This document shows positions 54,028 to 64,000 of a stretch of DNA of 64,000 nucleotides, piece after piece; the stretch's first letter is position 1, and each line of letters starts with the position of its first letter. The translations under genes were made by a program, and so were the position numbers. Source of the DNA: Squalus acanthias (taxonomy: Eukaryota); the NCBI GenBank assembly GCA_030390025.1, contig JASTWF010000033.1, forward strand, positions 2,296,001-2,360,000. Reading direction: 5' to 3'. The notes below the pieces were generated by a model. It saw only the letters and a program-made list of their open reading frames with translations. It was not told the DNA's origin and searched no databases.

Positions 54028-55730
54028 ACTTGCTGACTCAATCTCACAAAAGGACTTTCATTGGCTGCAGTGCATCATTGCACCTTCGACAAATTCCATT
54101 TTCTTGTCCATAATCCAGCCTGTGCAGCTCATTTCTCCCACAAATCCAGTTTAACTGCCTCAAACCGGCTTCACGCCAGAAATATTCTCCCTCTCACAAG
54201 CGACATGCTCTTTAGCAGTGGCGTCAAATGTGACAACTGCCGTCCCTCAAATATCTGTATTGGATCTTCAACTTTTCACCGTATTTACGATTGACTCGGA
54301 TGGAGCAATTGAGCGATGTAGATCCAAGTTTGAAGATCGCACTAAGTTAGAAGGTCCGGTCGTAGTGCAAATGGGAACGGGAGCAAACCAAAGGGACAGA
54401 GACAGACGGAGTAAGTCCGCAAAACAAAAGGCAAATCGAGTTCACTGTGCCCAAGTGTGACTGCATCCACCTTGCAACATTATGAGATAGTTCGGAGTAT
54501 TTTCTAATAATTGGAACCAATTAACTGTTGAGGAGTAAAGAGGTTTATGAGCCCCAGTTCACAAATCATTAGTAGCTGGCAGACATGGAGCAAAATACAG
54601 TTTTATTGACCTGGTTAGGAAATTGTTTGCGCGACAGGAGACGCATTTTACGGATAATGATCTGAACTTTATTTGGCAGGATATGACGAGTGCTGTCCGT
54701 GAGGGATCTCTTATGTGGCCTCATCCATTCACCGATTTTATTAACGACTTACTTGATGGGATTGAGAGCCAAACATTCAAGTTTAATGATGACAAAATAG
54801 ATAGGCGGCATTATAAGCAGTACAGGTGGAAGCAAGAAATTTGCCCAGATATTCATCGATTATGTGAATGGGCAAATCTGTGGCAAATTGATTAAATATT
54901 AGCGAAATGTGATGTCATCCACTTCGGAAATAAAAAGGGGCTTTTAGAATACACTCTATACAATGTTAAGCTGGAAACAGTTGAGATCCAAATAGACTTA
55001 AGGTCCATGTACATATATCATTTAATGGTCATGGACAGGTACAGAAAAGAATGAAAAAGGCTGAATGAAAGGTGATACTTATGTCTATAGGATGACAATA
55101 TAAGGGGGAGAAATTATGCAACAGCCATACAAAGCACTGGTTAGACCACACCTGGAGTACTGTGTGCAGTTCTGGGCATCACACCTTAGTATTAGGCTTA
55201 AAAAGTGAAGCGTAGATTTACCAGAATGATACACAGAGTCCAAGGGACAAATTACAATGGGAGATTGCACAAACTAGGGATATATTCCTTGGAATTTAAA
55301 TGCTGACGTGGTGATTTGATTGAAGTATTCACGATATTAGGTGGAACTGATAGTGTCGATAGAGCGAAGCTATTTCCGATGATTGGCCCGCCTAGGAGTA
55401 CGGGACACAGACTCAACATTAGTTCCAAGCCTTTCAGGAGAGAAGTTTGGAAAGGCTTCTACATGGAATGAGTGGCAGAAATTTGTAACACACTTCCGCA
55501 AACAGCATTTAAATCTGGGTCAGTTGGCAATGTTAAACTTGAGATTGACAGATGTTGGTTAACCAAAGTATTAAGGAATCTGGAGCAAAGGGATGCAAAC
55601 GGAGTTCGATCGCAGATCCAATTGAACGGCAGAAAGGCTCGAGCGGTTAAAATGCCTTGTTCTGTTGTTATTCTCATTGCTGAAGGATCAGAGCACGAAT
55701 GCAGAAATGAATATCGTCATTCAAAAACAG

Positions 55731-55803
55731 CGCCCGAACAGGGACTTGAACCCTGGACCCTCAGATTAAAAGTCTGATGCTCTACCGACTGAGCTATCCG
55801 GGC
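55731..55803 (-). tRNA. tRNA-Lys(UUU), copy 20
   Basis: Same 73-mer as copy 2, with T5 terminator. Confidence 0.98.
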
Positions 55804-57510
55804 ACTTGCTGACTCAATCTCACAAAAGGACTTTCATTGGCTGCAGTGCATCATTGCACCTTCGACAAATTCCATTTTCTTGTCCATAATCCAGCCTGTG
55901 CAGCTCATTTCTCCCACAAATCCAGTTTAACTGCCTCAAACCGGCTTCACGCCAGAAATATTCTCCCTCTCACAAGCGACATGCTCTTTAGCAGTGGCGT
56001 CAAATGTGACAACTGCCGTCCCTCAAATATCTGTATTGGATCTTCAACTTTTCACCGTATTTACGATTGACTCGGATGGAGCAATTGAGCGATGTAGATC
56101 CAAGTTTGAAGATCGCACTAAGTTAGAAGGTCCGGTCGTAGTGCAAATGGGAACGGGAGCAAACCAAAGGGACAGAGACAGACGGAGTAAGTCGGCAAAA
56201 CAAAAGGCAAATCGAGTTCACTGTGCCCAAGTGTGACTGCATCCACCTTGCAACATTATGAGATAGTTCGGAGTATTTTCTAAATAATTGGAACCAATTA
56301 ACTGTTGAGGAGTAAAGAGGTTTATGAGCCCCAGTTCACAAATCATTAGTAGCTGGCAGACATGGAGCAAAATACAGTTTTATTGACCTGGTTAGGAAAT
56401 TGTTTGCGCGACAGGAGACGCATTTTACGGATAATGATCTGTTACTTTATTTGGCAGGATATGACGAGTGCTGTCCGTGAGGGATCTCTTATGTGGCCTC
56501 ATCCATTCACCGATTTTATTAACGACTTACTTGATGGGATTGAGAGCCAAACATTCAAGTTTAATGATGACAAAATAGATAGGCGGCATTATAAGCAGTA
56601 CAGGTGGAAGCAAGAAATTTGCCCAGATATTCATCGATTATGTGAATGGGCAAATCTGTGGCAAATTGATTTAAATATTAGCGAAATGTGATGTCATCCA
56701 CTTCGGAAATAAAAAGGGGCTTTTAGAATACACTCTATACAATGTTAAGCTGGAAACAGTTGAGATCCAAATAGACTTAAGGGTCCATGTACATATATCA
56801 TTTAATGGTCATGGACAGGTACAGAAAAGAATGAAAAAGGCTGAATGAAAGGTGATACTTATGTCTATAGGATGACAATATAAGGGGGAGAAATTATGCA
56901 ACAGCCATACAAAGCACTGGTTAGACCACACCTGGAGTACTGTGTGCAGTTCTGGGCATCACACCTTAGTATTAGGCTTAAAAAGTGAAGCGTAGATTTA
57001 CCAGAATGATACACAGAGTCCAAGGGACAAATTACAATGGGAGATTGCACAAACTAGGGATATATTCCTTGGAATTTAAATGCTGACGTGGTGATTTGAT
57101 TGAAGTATTCACGATATTAGGTGGAACTGATAGTGTCGATAGAGCGAAGCTATTTCCGATGATTGGCCCGCCTAGGAGTACGGGACACAGACTCAACATT
57201 AGTTCCAAGCCTTTCAGGAGAGAAGTTAGGAAAGGCTTCTACATGGAATGAGTGGCAGAAATTTGTAACACACTTCCGCAAACAGCATTTAAATCTGGGT
57301 CAGTTGGCAATGTTAAACTTGAGATTGACAGATGTTGGTTAACCAAAGTATTAAGGAATCTGGAGCAAAGGGATGCAAACGGAGTTCGATCGCAGATCCA
57401 ATTGAACGGCAGAAAGGCTCGAGCGGTTAAAATGCCTTGTTCTGTTGTTATTCTCATTGCTAAAGGATCAGAGCACGAATGCAGAAATGAATATCGTCAT
57501 TCAAAAACAG

Positions 57511-57583
57511 CGCCCGAACAGGGACTTGAACCCTGGACCCTCAGATTAAAAGTCTGATGCTCTACCGACTGAGCTATCCGGGC
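57511..57583 (-). tRNA. tRNA-Lys(UUU), copy 21
   Basis: Same 73-mer as copy 2, with T5 terminator. Confidence 0.98.
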
Positions 57584-59289
57584 ACTTGCTGACTCAATCT
57601 CACAAAAGGACTTTCATTGGCTGCAGTGCATCATTGCACCTTCGACAAATTCCATTTTCTTGTCCATAATCCAGCCTGTGCAGCTCATTTCTCCCACAAA
57701 TCCAGTTTAACTGCCTCAAACCGGCTTCACGCCAGAAATATTCTCCCTCTCACAAGCGACATGCTCTTTAGCAGTGGCGTCAAATGTGACAACTGCCGTC
57801 CCTCAAATATCTGTATTGGATCTTCAACTTTTCACCGTATTTACGATTGACTCGGATGGAGCAATTGAGCGATGTAGATCCAAGTTTGAAGATCGCACTA
57901 AGTTAGAAGGTCCGGTCGTAGTGCAAATGGGAACGGGAGCAAACCAAAGGGACAGAGACAGACGGAGTAAGTCGGCAAAACAAAAGGCAAATCGAGTTCA
58001 CTGTGCCCAAGTGTGACTGCATCCACCTTGCAACATTATGAGATAGTTCGGAGTATTTTCTAAATAATTGGAACCAATTAACTGTTGAGGAGTAAAGAGG
58101 TTTATGAGCCCCAGTTCACAAATCATTAGTAGCTGGCAGACATGGAGCAAAATACAATTTTATTGACCTGGTTAGGAAATTGTTTGCGCGACAGGAGACG
58201 CATTTTACGGATAATGATCTGTTACTTTATTTGGCAGGATATGACGAGTGCTGTCCGTGAGGGATCTCTTATGTGGCCTCATCCATTCACCGATTTTATT
58301 AACGACTTACTTGATGGGATTGAGAGCCAAACATTCAAGTTTAATGATGACAAAATAGATAGGCGGCATTATAAGCAGTACAGGTGGAAGCAAGAAATTT
58401 GCCCAGATATTCATCGATTATGTGAATGGGCAAATCTGTGGCAAATTGATTGAAATATTAGCGAAATGTGATGTCATCCACTTCGGAAATAAAAAGGGGC
58501 TTTTAGAATACACTCTATACAATGTTAAGCTGGAAACAGTTGAGATCCAAATAGACTTAAGGTCCATGTACATATATCATTTAATGGTCATGGACAGGTA
58601 CAGAAAAGAATGAAAAAGGCTGAATGAAAGGTGATACTTATGTCTATAGGATGACAATATAAGGGGGAGAAATTATGCAACAGCCATACAAAGCACTGGT
58701 TAGACCACACCTGGAGTACTGTGTGCAGTTCTGGGCATCACACCTTAGTATTAGGCTTAAAAGTGAAGCGTAGATTTACCAGAATGATACACAGAGTCCA
58801 AGGGACAAATTACAATGGGAGATTGCACAAACTAGGGATATATTCCTTGGAATTTAAATGCTGACGTGGTGATTTGATTGAAGTATTCACGATATTAGGT
58901 GGAACTGATAGTGTCGATAGAGCGAAGCTATTTCCGATGATTGGCCCGCCTAGGAGTACGGGACACAGACTCAACATTAGTTCCAAGCCTTTCAGGAGAG
59001 AAGTTAGGAAAGGCTTCTACATGGAATGAGTGGCAGAAATTTGTAACACACTTCCGCAAACAGCATTTAAATCTGGGTCAGTTGGCAATGTTAAACTTGA
59101 GATTGACAGATGTTGGTTAACCAAAGTATTAAGGAATCTGGAGCAAAGGGATGCAAACGGAGTTCGATCGCAGATCCAATTGAACGGCAGAAAGGCTCGA
59201 GCGGTTAAAATGCCTTGTTCTGTTGTTATTCTCATTGCTGAAAGGATCAGAGCACGAATGCAGAAATGAATATCGTCATTCAAAAACAG

Positions 59290-59362
59290 CGCCCGAACAG
59301 GGACTTGAACCCTGGACCCTCAGATTAAAAGTCTGATGCTCTACCGACTGAGCTATCCGGGC
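59290..59362 (-). tRNA. tRNA-Lys(UUU), copy 22
   Basis: Same 73-mer as copy 2, with T5 terminator. Confidence 0.98.
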
Positions 59363-61066
59363 ACTTGCTGACTCAATCTCACAAAGGACTTTCATTGGCT
59401 GCAGTGCATCATTGCACCTTCGACAAATTCCATTTTCTTGTCCATAATCCAGCCTGTGCAGCTCATTTCTCCCACAAATCCAGTTTAACTGCCTCAAACC
59501 GGCTTCACGCCAGAAATATTCTCCCTCTCACAAGCGACATGCTCTTTAGCAGTGGCGTCAAATGTGACAACTGCCGTCCCTCAAATATCTGTATTGGATC
59601 TTCAACTTTTCACCGTATTTACGATTGACTCGGATGGAGCAATTGAGCGATGTAGATCCAAGTTTGAAGATCGCACTAAGTTAGAAGGTCCGGTCGTAGT
59701 GCAAATGGGAACGGGAGCAAACCAAAGGGACAGAGACAGACGGAGTAAGTCGGCAAAACAAAAGGCAAATCGAGTTCACTGTGCCCAAGTGTGACTGCAT
59801 CCACCTTGCAACATTATGAGATAGTTCGGAGTATTTTCTAAATAATTGGAACCAATTAACTGTTGAGGAGTAAAGAGGTTTATGAGCCCCAGTTCACAAA
59901 TCATTAGTAGCTGGCAGACATGGAGCAAAATACAGTTTTATTGACCTGGTTAGGAAATTGTTTGCGCGACAGGAGACGCATTTTACGGATAATGATCTGT
60001 TACTTTATTTGGCAGGATATGACGAGTGCGTCCGTGAGGGATCTCTTATGTGGCCTCATCCATTCACCGATTTTATTAACGACTTACTTGATGGGATTGA
60101 GAGCCAAACATTCAAGTTTAATGATGACAAAATAGATAGGCGGCATTATAAGCAGTACAGGTGGAAGCAAGAAATTTGCCCAGATATTCATCGATTATGT
60201 GAATGGCAAATCTGTGGCAAATTGATTTAAATATTAGCGAAATGTGATGTCATCCACTTCGGAAATAAAAAGGGGCTTTTAGAATACACTCTATACAATG
60301 TTAAGCTGGAAACAGTTGAGATCCAAATAGACTTAAGGGTCCATGTACATATATCATTTAATGGTCATGGACAGGTACAGAAAAGAATGAAAAAGGCTGA
60401 ATGAAAGGTGATACTTATGTCTATAGGATGACAATATAAGGGGGAGAAATTATGCAACAGCCATACAAAGCACTGGTTAGACCACACCTGGAGTACTGTG
60501 TGCAGTTCTGGGCATCACACCTTAGTATTAGGCTTAAAAAGTGAAGCGTAGATTTACCAGAATGATACACAGAGTCCAAGGGACAAATTACAATGGGAGA
60601 TTGCACAAACTAGGGATATATTCCTTGGAATTTAAATGCTGACGTGGTGATTTGATTGAAGTATTCACGATATTAGGTGGAACTGATAGTGTCGATAGAG
60701 CGAAGCTATTTCCGATGATTGGCCCGCCTAGGAGTACGGGACACAGACTCAACATTAGTTCCAAGCCTTTCAGGAGAGAAGTTAGGAAAGGCTTCTACAT
60801 GGAATGAGTGGCAGAAATTTGTAACACACTTCCGCAAACAGCATTTAAATCTGGGTCAGTTGGCAATGTTAAACTTGAGATTGACAGATGTTGGTTAACC
60901 AAAGTATTAAGGAATCTGGAGCAAAGGGATGCAAACGGAGTTCGATCGCAGATCCAATTGAACGGCAGAAAGGCTCGAGCGGTTAAAATGCCTTGTTCTG
61001 TTGTTATTCTCATTGCTAAAGGATCAGAGCACGAATGCAGAAATGAATATCGTCATTCAAAAACAG

Positions 61067-61139
61067 CGCCCGAACAGGGACTTGAACCCTGGACCCTCAG
61101 ATTAAAAGTCTGATGCTCTACCGACTGAGCTATCCGGGC
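61067..61139 (-). tRNA. tRNA-Lys(UUU), copy 23
   Basis: Same 73-mer as copy 2, with T5 terminator. Confidence 0.98.
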
Positions 61140-62846
61140 ACTTGCTGACTCAATCTCACAAAAGGACTTTCATTGGCTGCAGTGCATCATTGCACCTTCG
61201 ACAAATTCCATTTTCTTGTCCATAATCCAGCCTGTGCAGCTCATTTCTCCCACAAATCCAGTTTAACTGCCTCAAACCGGCTTCACGCCAGAAATATTCT
61301 CCCTCTCACAAGCGACATGCTCTTTAGCAGTGGCGTCAAATGTGACAACTGCCGTCCCTCAAATATCTGTATTGGATCTTCAACTTTTCACCGTATTTAC
61401 GATTGACTCGGATGGAGCAATTGAGCGATGTAGATCCAAGTTTGAAGATCGCACTAAGTTAGAAGGTCCGGTCGTAGTGCAAATGGGAACGGGAGCAAAC
61501 CAAAGGGACAGAGACAGACGGAGTAAGTCGGCAAAACAAAAGGCAAATCGAGTTCACTGTGCCCAAGTGTGACTGCATCCACCTTGCAACATTATGAGAT
61601 AGTTCGGAGTATTTTCTAAATAATTGGAACCAATTAACTGTTGAGGAGTAAAGAGGTTTATGAGCCCCAGTTCACAAATCATTAGTAGCTGGCAGACATG
61701 GAGCAAAATACAGTTTTATTGACCTGGTTAGGAAATTGTTTGCGCGACAGGAGACGCATTTTACGGATAATGATCTGTTACTTTATTTGGCAGGATATGA
61801 CGAGTGCTGTCCGTGAGGGATCTCTTATGTGGCCTCATCTATTCACCGATTTTATTAACGACTTACTTGATGGGATTGAGAGCCAAACATTCAAGTTTAA
61901 TGATGACAAAATAGATAGGCGGCATTATAAGCAGTACAGGTGGAAGCAAGAAATTTGCCCAGATATTCATCGATTATGTGAATGGGCAAATCTGTGGCAA
62001 ATTGATTTAAATATTAGCGAAATGTGATGTCATCCACTTCGGAAATAAAAAGGGGCTTTTAGAATACACTCTATACAATGTTAAGCTGGAAACAGTTGAG
62101 ATCCAAATAGACTTAAGGGTCCATGTACATATATCATTTAATGGTCATGGACAGGTACAGAAAAGAATGAAAAAGGCTGAATGAAAGGTGATACTTATGT
62201 CTATAGGATGACAATATAAGGGGGAGAAATTATGCAACAGCCATACAAAGCACTGGTTAGACCACACCTGGAGTACTGTGTGCAGTTCTGGGCATCACAC
62301 CTTAGTATTAGGCTTAAAAAGTGAAGCGTAGATTTACCAGAATGATACACAGAGTCCAAGGGACAAATTACAATGGGAGATTGCACAAACTAGGGATATA
62401 TTCCTTGGAATTTAAATGCTGACGTGGTGATTTGATTGAAGTATTCACGATATTAGGTGGAACTGATAGTGTCGATAGAGCGAAGCTATTTCCGATGATT
62501 GGCCCGCCTAGGAGTACGGGACACAGACTCAACATTAGTTCCAAGCCTTTCAGGAGAGAAGTTAGGAAAGGCTTCTACATGGAATGAGTGGCAGAAATTT
62601 GTAACACACTTCCGCAAACAGCATTTAAATCTGGGTCAGTTGGCAATGTTAAACTTGAGATTGACAGATGTTGGTTAACCAAAGTATTAAGGAATCTGGA
62701 GCAAAGGGATGCAAACGGAGTTCGATCGCAGATCCAATTGAACGGCAGAAAGGCTCGAGCGGTTAAAATGCCTTGTTCTGTTGTTATTCTCATTGCTAAA
62801 GGATCAGAGCACGAATGCAGAAATGAATATCGTCATTCAAAAACAG

Positions 62847-62919
62847 CGCCCGAACAGGGACTTGAACCCTGGACCCTCAGATTAAAAGTCTGATGCTCTA
62901 CCGACTGAGCTATCCGGGC
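62847..62919 (-). tRNA. tRNA-Lys(UUU), copy 24
   Basis: Same 73-mer as copy 2, with T5 terminator. Confidence 0.98.
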
Positions 62920-64000
62920 ACTTGCTGACTCAATCTCACAAAAGGACTTTCATTGGCTGCAGTGCATCATTGCACCTTCGACAAATTCCATTTTCTTGTC
63001 CATAATCCAGCCTGTGCAGCTCATTTCTCCCACAAATCCAGTTTAACTGCCTCAAACCGGCTTCACGCCAGAAATATTCTCCCTCTCACAAGCGACATGC
63101 TCTTTAGCAGTGGCGTCAAATGTGACAACTGCCGTCCCTCAAATATCTGTATTGGATCTTCAACTTTTCACCGTATTTACGATTGACTCGGATGGAGCAA
63201 TTGAGCGATGTAGATCCAAGTTTGAAGATCGCACTAAGTTAGAAGGTCCGGTCGTAGTGCAAATGGGAACGGGAGCAAACCAAAGGGACAGAGACAGACG
63301 GAGTAAGTCGGCAAACAAAAGGCAAATCGAGTTCACTGTGCCCAAGTGTGACTGCATCCACCTTGCAACATTATGAGATAGTTCGGAGTATTTTCTAAAT
63401 AATTGGAACCAATTAACTGTTGAGGAGTAAAGAGGTTTATGAGCCCCAGTTCACAAATCATTAGTAGCTGGCAGACATGGAGCAAAATACAATTTTATTG
63501 ATCTGGTTAGGAAATTGTTTGCGCGACAGGAGACGCATTTTACGGATAATGATCTGTTACTTTATTTGGCAGGATATGACGAGTGCCGTCCGTGAGGGAT
63601 CTCTTATGTGGCCTCATCCATTCACCGATTTTATTAACGACTTACTTGATGGGATTGAGAGCCAAACATTCAAGTTTAATGATGACAAAATAGATAGGCG
63701 GCATTATAAGCAGTACAGGTGGAAGCAAGAAATTTGCCCAGATATTCATCGATTATGTGAATGGGCAAATCTGTGGCAAATTGATTTAAATATTAGCGAA
63801 ATGTGATGTCATCCACTTCGGAAATAAAAAGGGGCTTTTAGAATACACTCTATACAATGTTAAGCTGGAAACAGTTGAGATCCAAATAGACTTAAGGGTC
63901 CATGTACATATATCATTTAATGGTCATGGACAGGTACAGAAAAGAATGAAAAAGGCTGAATGAAAGGTGATACTTATGTCTATAGGATGACAATATAAGG

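Larger units (their letters stand above)
20331..64000. repeat. Tandem array of ~1.77-1.78-kb units, each containing tRNA-Lys(UUU) plus CR1 remnants; 24 complete units and one partial, continuing beyond the window
   Basis: tRNA-to-tRNA spacings of 1766-1780 bp. The same ORF-track peptides recur in every unit. Confidence 0.98.

Noticed and set aside
20348..63806. Recurrent 60-160-aa ORFs as a functional RT or a retron-like RT plus RNA system
   Set aside because: They are fragments of CR1 ORF2 with stops, frameshifts and degenerate catalytic motifs (FED, FNDD followed by a frameshift). They recur because of DNA amplification, not coding constraint.
49000..64000. Scattered single-base indels that alter ORFs in right-hand units (e.g. 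~54505, ~54892, ~55001, ~58761, ~59241, ~60205)
   Set aside because: Most are private homopolymer-length changes, which is typical of long-read consensus error. They were not interpreted biologically.

Overview
This is a vertebrate repeat-rich window with no credible protein-coding gene. The host is most likely a cartilaginous fish, inferred from an HE1-like V-SINE and shark-type CR1 3' ends. It has three zones. (1) 1-2055: transposon debris, consisting of an LTR-like end, a short CR1 LINE fragment and an HE1-like SINE inside a second LTR-like segment. (2) ~2056-20321: an ~18.3-kb satellite of a 34-bp monomer (ATGGTATCTGTCCATTCACTTTCCCAATCCATTG, roughly 537 copies) with variable-length higher-order repeats. 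(3) 20331-64000, open at the right edge: a head-to-tail array of 1766-1780-bp units. Each unit carries one minus-strand tRNA-Lys(UUU) gene with a T5 terminator (24 genes in the window, 23 identical by eye). Its spacer is about 80% made of two decayed, overlapping CR1 reverse-transcriptase fragments. The most notable feature is this single-isotype tRNA array built on a fossil LINE scaffold and fused directly to a satellite. All ORFs in the track are artefacts of the satellite or of dead LINE sequence. Family assignments are from recall of consensus motifs; no database search was run.
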